Shown here: positions 1 to 12,242 of the stretch, piece after piece
Layout: every line of letters begins with the position of its first letter
How positions within the stretch are numbered: position 1 is the stretch's first letter
Assembly (NCBI GenBank): GCA_003427395.1
Contig: BFEA01000009.1
Span: forward strand, 7,472,849 to 7,536,848
Reading direction: 5' to 3'
Origin: Chara braunii
Lineage: Eukaryota > Plantae > Charophyceae
Length of the DNA: 64,000 nucleotides
Made by a program: the position numbers and the translations under genes
Notes under the pieces: model-generated
Told to the model about the DNA's origin: nothing
What the model saw: the letters and a program-made list of their open reading frames with translations, nothing else
Database searches by the model: none

Positions 1-2546
1 TTAGTCAGACTGTCAGAGACAAGTCCACCAGGCAATCGTCCCATCATGACATCATCCAAGCATTCTCATACATTACCCACAGACATTCATCACGGAAGGT
101 GCGAAAATGGTAGCCACATATCACTCAGTTCTCCGTGTGCTCTGCACCCCTGCCCCGTGACTAATTAACCGTAAGCCAAAGCAATCATCTAATTCCTCGT
201 GTGCAATAGATCAACAAACATCCATAATTGTTCATGTCACCGAGAAAGAGAGGAGGTAGGGAGAAAAAGACGCAGAGCAGACAAGATAGATGAAAAATTA
301 CACCAAGATCCGATGATGAAAAAGAGTTTCCAGCTTGACTGCCGTCGAACTGAACTCATGCCAAGGAATAAACTCGAGACAAGGAGGCGCATCCGCCGTG
401 AAGTTCAACTATGGCCCCGGGCCATTCATCCATTCAACTCTGATTACTATCCCCATGCATGCACTGACGATCCCGACCGTCACGTGCCACTTTCCACCAC
501 TGCGATCGTCACCCCGCCGACTTAGTCTCTACACGGTTTGCCTGGATCCCACAGTTTGTCGTGGCGATCAGGCGCACCACCAGCCAGACTACAATAAGCT
601 CGTCGGGACTTTTCGACTCGCACTCCACACATACCATCTAGCCGTTGCTTCCCGGAAGCTGGCAGACGAGTTGAGAGAGAGATTTGCGGGCGCATTTGCG
701 GAATTTATAGTTGCGAAAAGGGAGGTAGATGCGAGGGAGGATGAAGATTGAGTCAGGGACGGGTAAGAGAGGACTTGGGGATAATTGTCCGGCGAAAGCC
801 ATGTTGATCCTCCTGAGTCCGATCGTAGTCAATCAAAGTCGTCGCGTAATAGGAGTTTCCTCTTACACGGCGCTTCTCTTTGGCTGGACGGAGTGAAGAG
901 AGGATCGACCGGGTTCTTGGGCGTAGGACTCAAAGTGGGAGGAAGAAGGGTGTGCAGGATAGCACGAAACGGATCCAAGATTTAGATGATCAAGAAAGAG
1001 AAAAGGCGTGGCGAGAGAGGGGGGAAGAGGGGGAAGAAAAAGAAAGAGAGAGAGGGAAAAACGGTTACAGAGGAAGAGGGAGCGCGGGTGCGGAGGGAGC
1101 GTCGAAGATGGCGAGGGGAGCTCAAAGGGGGAAGCTCGCTTGCATGGCGCCGATCAAAACCATAAAACCTAACACTTTTTATAGGAAGAAAATGTCGAAG
1201 TCAAACTATTATTTTTGACACATAAAAGAGAGCGTTTTTAACTATTTTTCGAGAAAGAGGCAAAAAAATAGGCAAACAGTCTAGGGATTCTCAAAATATG
1301 CAAGAAAATCATTTCCAGCAAAGAGCATGTTATAAGACTATAAGTGGTTCTTAGTAGATTGGCAAAAAACATAGCTCAAACAATATAGTTTTTAAGGACT
1401 GCAAGATGAACTCGAAAGATGTTTAAAAAAAATAGTTTTAGTGAATGCTCATTTATAGAACTATAAGTCATTTTCAGTAGTTTGGTAAAAACGAGGTTCT
1501 GTGAAAACTAGTTTATAGAACCATAAATTAATATAATCCCATTTTTAAGTTAACTGTAAAACTCTTGTAAAAAAATATATGTTATGTAAAAGAAGAATTA
1601 AAACAACTTTTGTTTGGGAGACGTCTTTAAATTCTTAGCTAACCACGATTTAAAATAAAAAAACAGAAAAATATTTTAATAAAAAACACTAAAAAATAAT
1701 ATGTTTGCCCATGTATGAGTGAACATATCCAAGCGAATGTATTCATGAACAGGAGAACATGTGTACGTGTTTGGAAAACCCCCTAATAGGTTCGTCGTGC
1801 TACATACCTTATAGAACTATAAATATGTTTTTTTAGATAAACAAAAAATTGGGATATTTCGGTTCTTGAACAAACGATGTTTTGCAAGGCAGTGTTTTTT
1901 TGTAAAAAACCTTGCTTCTCTCCTCACCACTTCCAGTGATTCTGAAGAAGTATTTTTCTATTCCTTTTTTGCGGTTAATTTACTTCACGTAGAATTTTGT
2001 TCATGTTGGAGGTCTAAAAAATGTACTATTATAATCTTTTAAAAATTTTGTGCAAACCTAATAATTTTTTTTGTTAGGTTTTCATGAATCCTATGTTAAA
2101 TGAAAAAAAAAGCACTAAAACAGTTACAGATTCCTAAGTCCTATGCTAATTCAAAAATTGAAATCACCATATCTGCTCGCAAAGTAGGCGTGGGAAAAGG
2201 CAGCCCCACATCCAGTCGTATTCCCACCAAATTCCCAGAGTTTTCCTCGACGTAGTCGAGAACATTCATGCATAAAAAGGACACGTCGGGTTCCGTTTAT
2301 TTCGGAATTTCTAACTGTCGGGCCAAATTCCTAGCGCGCTTACTAAACGCGCGCGCAATTCTTATGCATTCCCTAAATTATAAAAACAGAATTTCAAGAA
2401 TCAATGAGACTAGAGACATGGATCTCAACAAGGCCCCTTTAATCAAAACAGAGAGGGGCCTTGTTAGGCCGAGCAAAATCCGAAAAGAAAAAGAGAGAGA
2501 GAAGGGGTCCGGAAGATGGCGCAGGCTCAGAAGTTGTTTCGTCACA
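1..2546 (-). mobile_element. LTR-like element, 5' part (runs off the window start); same family as 33253-35672
   Basis: Minus strand begins TGTGACGAAACAACTTCTG at 2546, resembling TGTGACGAACCAATTTCTG at 33253. The AT-rich block at ~1200-2160 may be a nested insertion. Confidence 0.6.
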
Positions 2547-4547
2547 ACCCAGCCTCACGCCCTGCACGATTTCATGATCGGAGTGTGAGTAGGCCTGAAA
2601 GTGTGAATTGGGGGTGTGCCAAGGATTTTAGGAAAATTTAATGTGGTTGGAGTCCCAAGTCAGAACTGAGATCTCCAGTGTCAGGGTTCTGGGACAGGAC
2701 TAATGGGAATCGGCTCACCGATTAATCAGGACACAGTCAGGAGTGCAAATATGCATATTCCATTTCAATTAAGGGGTGACTACTAAATCAACGCCAAACA
2801 ACACTGGTTTGAGCCTGTCGCCGCCTGCGTTTTCCACCCTTATCCGGGGGGGTACAAGGGGTAGCACAAAGTTTCCATGTCTCACCTACGCCAAGCGGTG
2901 TCGGTTTAAGCCCGTCGTAGCCTGCGGTTTCCACACTTAAACGGTTCGGGGGTGTAGGCGGGGTAGCACAAAGTTTCCATCTCTCACCTACGGTGCTCAC
3001 AGAGTTCGGCTTCCAACGAGGAGGCTCTCAGCCCAGTGGCCTGAGCCTTGTACTGTGTCTCACTATGAGGCCGGTAGGAAAATCCACGCTGTCTGCAAAA
3101 CTCCCCGTGTTGACGCTCAGGGCACAGAACAAGGGAGCACTTAGGGACTATGGTGGACCAGGGGGCAATGACTGATTCGTGATAAGGGAGCACGAGAGAG
3201 GCTGGGGGAAATTACTTCTCAACAAGGATGAACCCAGAGTTTGCTATCACCTCACAATCGGTTCCACTTGGAAAGTAAGTGATAGGGACCGCCTATACAA
3301 GCGATCATATTACGGGTATCCCTTTCACAAATCTCAAGTCCCTCCTGGTAGGGAAAAACCGATCAGTCCAAGAGGTGCATCGACAGACATGCAATGCCAA
3401 GATAAACAATACAATTCGAGTGTACCATCTTCAAAATCATTTTGAAACAAACATGTGAGAGGAGAACATGATCCATTCAATTGCGAACCACGTGCATCTT
3501 CTTTAAAAGAATTATAATAGAAAAAGGAAAAACTACGCGGGAGTTGTAAAAACGAGTTATAATTGCATTACTGGTCAAGATACAATAATTTCAAATAATA
3601 TTGTGCAGTTCGGACAATGTATACAACCTAGCTTTCAGGCTAGGGGGGGTGCCCAAAGTGTAATTGCAAACTGTATCTTGCCCTATAGTGCAATTATAAC
3701 TCGTTTGTGTGACTCTACTGAAGTTACCCCTAAAACAAACAGAAAGGCCCCTCCTATTCTGGGGGGGCATCAGTCCAGTTGCTTATCACCGGCAAGCAAG
3801 CATGAACAAAGTTATGCAGTAAGGATAGAAAGAGAGGAGAAAACCTTACCCTTGTGGCTCTAGGCGCTTGGCGAGAGGGCACTACAAGATACACCGCCCT
3901 CCCCTAGCCCGTCTCCCTTGAGATCCCCCTTGCTGGCCGAGAAACACACAACGGTACCCAATCGCTTAGCAGGGTGGTCGTCAAGAGGCGGGACACACGA
4001 GGTGACAGGCCTAGAGGTCACCTAGGCACGTGTACAAGAAAAAACATATTGCTTATATCCTTCCTGGTTTCTGGGTAAGCCTGTCAGTCCCCTTCATATC
4101 CGATCATGATGAGGAGAAATACGAAGTTGAGAACTTCAAGGAAGAAGAAGGGGGAATGGAGAAAGTCAGACGATAAGACAAGGAGAGGCAACACTCAGAG
4201 GACACTCAATTCTGGAGACCAAGTCTACGACTCTACGGGGCCCGATGGTATGGGCAAGAATTTTAGCAGTCCGAGTGGGGGCCTCGTAGAAATTTATTCT
4301 GCTGACAGATTTTGCAGCCCTGAACATACAAGATGCATTTCATGTTTCATACCGATTCAGGTATGTGATTGTAGGAGGTTGGCATAAGTCTTCCTCCAAC
4401 AGAAATGACCCTCGATATTGTGGCACTCTCCCAAAATCAGACTGTGAACGGCCTCGCCATTCGGGATATATAAACCACCAGTACCTACCGGTTGTTAAGG
4501 CCCGTGGCTCAGGCTACTGGTAGCCCGGTCATTCCTGAACCTCGAAC
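2541..4547 (-). mobile_element. LTR-like element, 3' part, with a decayed copy of the small Cys-rich ORF (~3100-3300); right boundary uncertain (gap)
   Basis: Reverse complement of 2547-2690 aligns by eye with 35535-35672 (GAGATCT.AGTTC..., TCCTTGGCACACCCC, CACTCCGATCA, GGGCGTGAGG). Minus-strand translation SGFILVEK*FPPASLVLPYHESVIAPWSTIVP matches ORF 34956-35366. Confidence 0.65.
3541..3715. repeat. Imperfect inverted repeat / MITE-like foldback (~45 bp arms)
   Basis: AAACGAGTTATAATTGCA..CAAGATACA on the left mirrored by TGTATCTTG..TGCAATTATAACTCGTTT on the right. Confidence 0.65.
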
Positions 4548-5486
4548 NNNNNNNNNNNNNNNNNNNNNNNNNNNNNNNNNNNNNNNNNNNNNNNNNNNNN
4601 NNNNNNNNNNNNNNNNNNNNNNNNNNNNNNNNNNNNNNNNNNNNNNNNNNNNNNNNNNNNNNNNNNNNNNNNNNNNNNNNNNNNNNNNNNNNNNNNNNNN
4701 NNNNNNNNNNNNNNNNNNNNNNNNNNNNNNNNNNNNNNNNNNNNNNNNNNNNNNNNNNNNNNNNNNNNNNNNNNNNNNNNNNNNNNNNNNNNNNNNNNNN
4801 NNNNNNNNNNNNNNNNNNNNNNNNNNNNNNNNNNNNNNNNNNNNNNNNNNNNNNNNNNNNNNNNNNNNNNNNNNNNNNNNNNNNNNNNNNNNNNNNNNNN
4901 NNNNNNNNNNNNNNNNNNNNNNNNNNNNNNNNNNNNNNNNNNNNNNNNNNNNNNNNNNNNNNNNNNNNNNNNNNNNNNNNNNNNNNNNNNNNNNNNNNNN
5001 NNNNNNNNNNNNNNNNNNNNNNNNNNNNNNNNNNNNNNNNNNNNNNNNNNNNNNNNNNNNNNNNNNNNNNNNNNNNNNNNNNNNNNNNNNNNNNNNNNNN
5101 NNNNNNNNNNNNNNNNNNNNNNNNNNNNNNNNNNNNNNNNNNNNNNNNNNNNNNNNNNNNNNNNNNNNNNNNNNNNNNNNNNNNNNNNNNNNNNNNNNNN
5201 NNNNNNNNNNNNNNNNNNNNNNNNNNNNNNNNNNNNNNNNNNNNNNNNNNNNNNNNNNNNNNNNNNNNNNNNNNNNNNNNNNNNNNNNNNNNNNNNNNNN
5301 NNNNNNNNNNNNNNNNNNNNNNNNNNNNNNNNNNNNNNNNNNNNNNNNNNNNNNNNNNNNNNNNNNNNNNNNNNNNNNNNNNNNNNNNNNNNNNNNNNNN
5401 NNNNNNNNNNNNNNNNNNNNNNNNNNNNNNNNNNNNNNNNNNNNNNNNNNNNNNNNNNNNNNNNNNNNNNNNNNNNNNNNNNNNNN

Positions 5487-5517
<31 letters not shown>

Positions 5518-5592
5518 ACGTACCGCTTTCATGGGCGAACAGCCCAACCCTTGGAACGTACTACCGCTCCAGGTGGCGAAGAGCCGACATCG
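5487..5592 (-). rRNA. rrl: Plastid 23S rRNA fragment (domain V), nuclear plastid insertion, non-functional
   Basis: Reverse complement CGATGTCGGCTCTTCGCCACCTGG...CCAAGGGTTGGGCTGTTCGCCCA...GAGCTGGGTTCAGAACGTCGTGAGACAGTTC is the peptidyl-transferase region in chloroplast-type form. Confidence 0.93.
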
Positions 5593-5769
5593 CAATGTGT
5601 TAATTAAACATTCTCAATTTGATTTTGTTATTAATTTTTAGTCCGGGTAATTTATACATGTATGGTTTAACGCCACTCACACTCAATAGTGACCTTTTAG
5701 TTACCTAAAGCTCAGACTCTATCATTATCCTTGAAAAGCAAAGGATACATGGCGTGTAGTCGTTGAGGG
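5593..5769 (-). ncRNA. 3' half of a group I intron at LSU rRNA site 2500
   Basis: Minus strand: R element TCAACGACTACACG, P8 hairpin TATCCTT..AAGGATA, S element ATGATAGAGTCT, P9 with GTAA tetraloop. Terminal G abuts CGATGTCGGCTC (E. coli C2501 onward). Confidence 0.82.
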
Positions 5770-6156
5770 GTAGGTTATCAACCTACTTTAAGTACAGAAA
5801 TTGACATTCTTCAAGAAAGAATTACTTCGACAAAAGAAGGCTCTATTACCTCTATTCAAGCAGTTTATGTACCTGGAGATGATTTAACTGATCCAGCTCC
5901 TGCTACTACCTTTGCTCATTTAGATGCTACTACTGTTCTTTCTCGGAATCTTGCTGCAAAGGGGATATATCCAGCAGTAGATCCACTTGATTCAACATCT
6001 ACTATGCTTCAGNCATGGATCGTAGGAGAAGAACATTATGAAACTGCTCAAGGAGTAAAAGAAACTTTGCAGCGTTATAAAGAATTACAAGACATTATTG
6101 CTATTCTTGGTTTAGACGAATTATCTAAAGAAGATCGTCTAATAGTTGCAAGAGCT
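5770..6156 (+). pseudogene. atpB: Plastid ATP synthase beta subunit fragment (NUPT)
   Basis: Translates [105 protein letters not shown]; AT-rich plastid codon usage; truncated at both ends. Confidence 0.96.
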
Positions 6157-6744
6157 GCAGTGAGCGGCACTGAGTGTGTGCAATGTATGATCTCACTAAA
6201 TGTATTGGCAACACGGTTGTAATTACCTTTGATTGACTTCAATTGAAAGTCAAACTCGGGTATCTCTATGGCTCATCTAGCTAACTTCGCAAACATAATG
6301 GTCTACGTCTTGAGCCAGTGAAATAGTCTCATGATCTGAGTTGATTTTAAGATGCTGTCCTAATAAATGGTGTTGCCAGTGCGACGACTAAGGGGCTCAC
6401 TAAATGCAAACAACTCCCTCTCATAAGTTGTGTTACCGCACGTTCATTAAACGCGGATTCAGCGTTTAGTTATTGAATGATTTGAACCCACGTTTACACT
6501 CTGAACGGGTTTGCGGCGGGGTTGAAATGCCATAGAGAGGGGGCGGTGGGGCGTGCTTGGCACAGGGAGGTGTTGTAGGGGGTGGGGAAGGAATGCGGGC
6601 ACTCTGTCCATCAGTGGCCATCACTGCTAAGGGGGGAGAAAAAAGGGGGAAAAAAAAAAAAAAAAAAAACTTACCTTCGTGCGTTTGTTTGTATATGGGT
6701 GTGTGTGCATATGTGTGTTTATGCGTGTGTCTCAACCTGATGGA

Positions 6745-6762
6745 GTGTGTGTGTGTGTGTGT

Positions 6763-6819
<57 letters not shown>

Positions 6820-6949
6820 GTCATATTCGCTATACATTCAAGAAAAACATGACTGTGTCAGACTGTTTAGTCTTTCACCGACTCATCAGTGTGTGAGCGT
6901 GCACGTGCGCACACACATGCGTGCACAAACACATACACACTCACACTCA

Positions 6950-7010
<61 letters not shown>
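6745..7010. repeat. (TG)n and (CA)n microsatellites in inverted orientation
   Basis: TG run ~6745-6817, CA run ~6940-7010. Confidence 0.9.
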
Positions 7011-7016
<6 letters not shown>

Positions 7017-7837
7017 ACTCATGCACATACACACACAACCGTACAATATTTTTTTTTTTGTCTCTTTTCAAACTGCTCGCGCCCCTGGTCACCTGGTGGC
7101 TTCCCACACGTGCATGCCAGTTGGGTGCGCGCGTTCAGTTTTCGTCACTCCAGTGTCACGTGGCACGTTTGAACACGCTTTGAACAAGCGCATTTGAACG
7201 AGAACGTGCGTTTTACACGTTCAGATTGTCACATAGCTCATAAGTAGATGCAACGACTTTATGAGAAAATATTTTTACAAGTCAATAACCATCTCCATCA
7301 TTTTATTGGAGTAATATTATTTAACTTGTGCCAGTAGTCACGAGAAATGGTCGTAACAGGTGTGCTATCTTCAAGACCAAATACTTTATCTGACATTTGT
7401 TTAAATTTCTTAGTACGGTTTGTTGTCTTTGTCCCATTGCTACACAACATCTTTCTTTAGCAATCTGTGCAAGAATGTGGTAGTGGATGAAAATTTATTC
7501 ACAGACTTACGGTAGTAGTTGAATAATCCTGGGAACGACCGCAGTGCTGTCACGTGTACGATGTCGATCAATTTGTAATTGCTGCACTTTTTGCATATTT
7601 TGGTCTAACTCCATTCTAAGCCATTACATGTCCTAAATACAAAATTTGGCGCTTCGCCAATTAACACTTCTTGGGAACGAAAAAACAAAGGAGTCTGGGT
7701 TATTCAAAGAGGATACAAATTAATTCAATTGTTTGATGGATGGAGAGGACAACTTGGAGTCCGAACCTGACAACGATGTCATTGGAAACGATTTCGAATG
7801 AGATAACCATGCATATGACATCGTTGGAAATAAGATG

Positions 7838-8023
7838 ACAAAGAGGAGTCTCACATGACTCCTCAGGTGGATTACTAACTTGATACCGGAGAGAAGCGAC
7901 GATATCAATAGAGACTTTTATTAGAAAAAGATGTCAAAGAGGAGTCTCACATGACTNCTCAGGTGGATTACTAACTTGATACCGGAGAGAAGCGACGATA
8001 TCAATAGAGACTTTAATTAGAAA
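7838..8023. repeat. ~97 bp near-identical tandem duplication
   Basis: CAAAGAGGAGTCTCACATGACT...GATATCAATAGAGACTTT.ATTAGAAA twice; the second copy contains an N, so it may be an assembly artefact. Confidence 0.8.
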
Positions 8024-10762
8024 TCGAATTCATACTCGAAAGAATCTTATTATGTGTATTGGGATGTTCTAATTAGGGAAACACTTACGGAAAAAAAATT
8101 GGAATATTGAAATTGTTCCTCTTTAGATAAATTTTTGGATTTTCGAAAATGTTCCTGCTACATTTACGTACTGCTTCTTTATCTTGCCATCAACTTATTT
8201 AGGACAAATCGAAAAATCATTCGTGAATAGATGGCAACAAACATTGTTGGGCAATCACCAATAGACGGTTGTTAAGGGTACATAAATGGCTAAGGAAGCA
8301 AGAAACTCGTATTTATCCTACTATTCCATTGTATTTATGTTCGGGGATGAGTTAAAAAATGATGAAAGAAAGATTATTAATTATGAAAATCGTAGACTGT
8401 ATTGAAAAGAAAACAAAAAACAGAACAAGGGAGCATGTACAACAAGAAAAAAAAACAAAACCAAGCATGTATCCAATGGAATGGTTGCGTCTATCTTTCT
8501 CTTCTGATCTAACGGATGACAAAACAACTAATTTGAAGAATTTTCTATAATTGACAAAATATAAGGAACGACCACTAAAAATGCACTGTACTGAAGAAAT
8601 TAGATGGTTGATTCCGTAGAGACTAACAAAATTAGGAAGTGATGATACTTGTGTCTTGATGAACGATTTGAAAATATTTTTTGAGACTTTGGAGAATGAG
8701 AACTCAAATATTTGCTAAATAATTAATCTTAGTCCGATCGTCGAAAATCTGAACTGATTACTCTCTTACCAACTCCCCAAAAATAAAATAATCTTTGCCG
8801 ATAAAACCATTGAGGAACTTATAAAAATGTTGAAAGACCTAAAGAGTATGAATAAAAAAAAGGAAAAAACATAATACGTAAACTAGTCTCAATGCAATTA
8901 AAAAAGAAACCCGTCTTCAAGCTAAGTTAGAAAGAATCATCTCAAAAATTAATTACAGCCCATCTATTGAAAATAACATTATATAAACAAAAGTATGTGA
9001 TTGGGTCATTAAGAAGGTTTTTTCCCAATAACTCTCTAGCCTGATGCAGAGAAAGGTACAAACAACTTGGATAAAAGATAAGACTATCGCCGCCATCTTG
9101 CATAAACATAAGACCCATGCATCTGAGCCATCTTGAAAATGCATTCACCACAAATTTTAACTGCCTAAAGTGGATCGATATGTGAACGTTAGATTAAGTG
9201 TAATCCCGAAGGGTGATGTTTGTTTGCGAAAGTCTAAGAATATACCCCGAAACGCCTAATAAACACCAATGGAATTTATAAATGGTACCAAGTTGCATCG
9301 AGTGAACTTACCAAAGCTGATGTCACTAAAATTTTAAGATCTTTCCTCTGGGAGTCACGACTAAAGTTGGTGTCACTTAAACTTTAAAGATCTTTCCTCA
9401 ACGATTTATAATATATGGTTCATTTTATTCTTCATAATATTTTCTTCAAATCTCCTAGGAAAATTTTGAAACAAAACAAGGGATCCTTCTGGACAGACAA
9501 GCGAGCCCACTCGTGGCCTGTCTTATTTGCATGTATGCGGAAAACATTTTTTTGAAGAGTCTAGAAAATGACTTTGAATGCCTGTTTGAGAAACGATATA
9601 TAAATGACTTATTGCTATTGGGTTTCATAAGAAAAAAAACTCGAATAAAACAAATCACCGAAGAAACAATGAAGAAAATCTCAACATGCTATTATAGAGA
9701 TTTAAACTGTATTTTTGCTAAAGTTAAGTTTTTTTTTTCCATTTCGCAATTTGTACTTGAGTGATTCGAAAAGATCATTTTTGCTTGTTGTAAGGGCAAT
9801 GTTTTGGGATGAGTGATCATGCATGAGTCTACCACCCATCCCAAAATATGATCCTCATAAGACAGGCTGAATGAGCCAGAATAACCCATCATTACGAAGC
9901 GGTTCAACATTTTTTACAATTATAGCGTTCAGACCCATGTAGTCATTGCACACTAAGTTTATTTTCTTTCTTTGACACGGAGTGAGCCAAAGGGTTGTAT
10001 TGTGACGAACAAGGCTTTATCCACGTGTTCTCAATGAGCTCGTTCAATTGCTTGCTCAACTCTCTAACTCTTTGGGTGATATATAGTAAACTGCATCCTT
10101 GGGGATCTTGCTACATGGCTCAACATCAATGCAGTGCTAATCTCCCTCTTCAACCACTCCAATTAGGGCCTCTCAAACATTAAGAAACTCATTACTTAAG
10201 GACTCTATCTAGGACGGTGTCTCTTCCTCCTTAGTTTCTCCTTCACTCACCGGCCTGACTTAAGCTGAGCTTGAGGCTTTGTATAGAGGTCTGGGATTGC
10301 CGAGGGAGGAAGGTGATCTGCTAACTTGACTAATGGCTACAATCTGGCCGGCGATGGTCGGAGCTGGGGTAGGTAGCGCTGCCCTGTAACCGAGCCAGAA
10401 TGGGGTGTGAGACCAGGAAGAGGCCTGATTGGTGCACAGCACAGGCTCAGTTGTGATTGGTTGGTTGGAATGGATACAGGAATTTAGGGATAGGATAGTA
10501 TTTGAGTGCTGGGTAGACAATCATTCTGATTGGTCATCATCTATCTCTATTTCATGATCTCCATCATCCACTCTATCATCCTGAATCATCCTAAATGATC
10601 CTCAATCATCCCAAATTAAAAAAAAAAAGCTACGAAGACGTACCTGGCGAACGTAGGGGCACTCATACAACAAAGGGATAGGTAGGACTGGATTCCAGAA
10701 TCGTCAAGGAAATTGATTTTTTTTAGTGTTTTTTTTTTTTAATGCATAGTACTTTCTTCGGC

Positions 10763-10765
10763 ACA

Positions 10766-10836
<71 letters not shown>
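10763..10836. repeat. Compound (CA)n(GA)n microsatellite
   Basis: Direct reading. Confidence 0.95.
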
Positions 10837-10837
<1 letters not shown>

Positions 10838-11197
10838 AGGCAGATCCCCGACACACCCTCATTTTGGCTGCACCAAACAAGAAAGGTAGCTTGTATACAT
10901 TAGCTATCAAGGTAGGATCTTTCCACAAATGCAACACACCCTGATAACGAATGTATCCAAGGTATCCTTTTTGTGTGCCTCATACCCCTTATCGCTAGTC
11001 CCAACAACTATTTGTTAACCCTCAACTTCTTCGTCATGCAATGGCTCATCCAGAAGAACCCTAGGTAGAAATGCATTTGGAGTAGGGTCTCCCATATCAC
11101 GGACAGGGTGAGAAATGCAAAGACCTGCCAATCGTCCATGGCGATTTTTCGGTACAGAGGTACGTGCCACTGCACCTCCTGACCACGTAGTCCTGCA

Positions 11198-11200
<3 letters not shown>

Positions 11201-11236
<36 letters not shown>

Positions 11237-11657
11237 GTGAATAGCCCCTGCGTAAGCCTTCTATCCCGACGGTGGTGAGAGAACCGTCAGGATTGAGGAC
11301 TTATCTATCGGGCTGCTCCATCTATTGGTGGGGAGCGGCACCTGCTGGAAACCGGGTCCAGCGTCCCTTTGAACATCTTGTAACACAGAGTTTGCTATTT
11401 ATTTTCCAGGGCTATGGTCGTTTGTCTTCTAAAACCCGGGATTCCATTTTCTCTTGGAGCTGCTATTGTTACCCATCCCATCTTGGAGCACCATTTTCTT
11501 GTAGACCTGCCCTATTCTGCAGCCCCCCTGTTTATTGTTGCCAGATGTTATCCCAATTAAACCTTATTTAAACCCTAAACCCTCTCTGAACCCATGCTTG
11601 GGAGAATTGTAATCCGTATAGCCTGAAGACCCTCAATGTAATGGACTACTAAGCAAT
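11201..11657 (-). mobile_element. 5'-truncated non-LTR retroposon end with conserved structured tail and poly(A)
   Basis: Poly(T) 11201-11235, tail motif 11315-11367, flanking direct repeat GTAGTCCTGC at 11187 and 11658. Confidence 0.75.
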
Positions 11658-11830
11658 GTAGTCCTGCCCTCATACTTGCTCCCTGAACACTTAATCTACC
11701 ACCTACAACTTAGGGTCGACTGCTACTAAACTGCCGTTTCCAAGCTGCTGTCACTACAAATTGCAAGTTTGCTTGGTGGCCAACCAACTATTTTAGGACT
11801 GCCAACAGTCGTCCTCAGGAAATGTTTAAT

Positions 11831-12242
11831 GCCGCAAGCAGGACGGCGTGACCACCAAGTCCAGCAAGGTCTCCTCAAGACTTACAGACGCCTTGCTGCC
11901 TCTCACTATTCAGCCGCATGGCCGTTTGTATTGGTCATTGGGCTAGACGAGCGTCGTTCGCTTATGCCTGTGCTCCCAACTTTTCCTCGTGCCGTTCAAC
12001 TAGTGAGTCTATACCTATCAAACCTAGACCGACCCCTCAGCCGCAAACAGGAAGGTGTGGCCACCAAGTCCAGCAAAGTCTCTTCAAGACTTACAGACCC
12101 CTTGCTGCCTCTCACTATTCAGTCACATTTGTACTGGTCATTGGGCTAGACGAGCGTCGTTCGCGCATGCCTCTGCTCCCAACTTTTTGTGGCGCAGTTC
12201 AACTACCGAGTCTATACCTATCAAACCTAGACCGACCCCTCA
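11831..12242. repeat. Diverged ~205 bp tandem duplication
   Basis: GCCGCAA.CAGGA.GG.GTG.CCACCAAGTCCAGCAA...CTATCAAACCTAGACCGACCCCTCA twice. Confidence 0.85.

Noticed and set aside
4492-5595. Long ORFs spanning N-runs (also 12781-13509 and 61754-63310)
   Set aside because: Length comes from untranslatable gap sequence.
6466-7197. HT/CV-rich ORFs
   Set aside because: Translations of dinucleotide microsatellites.
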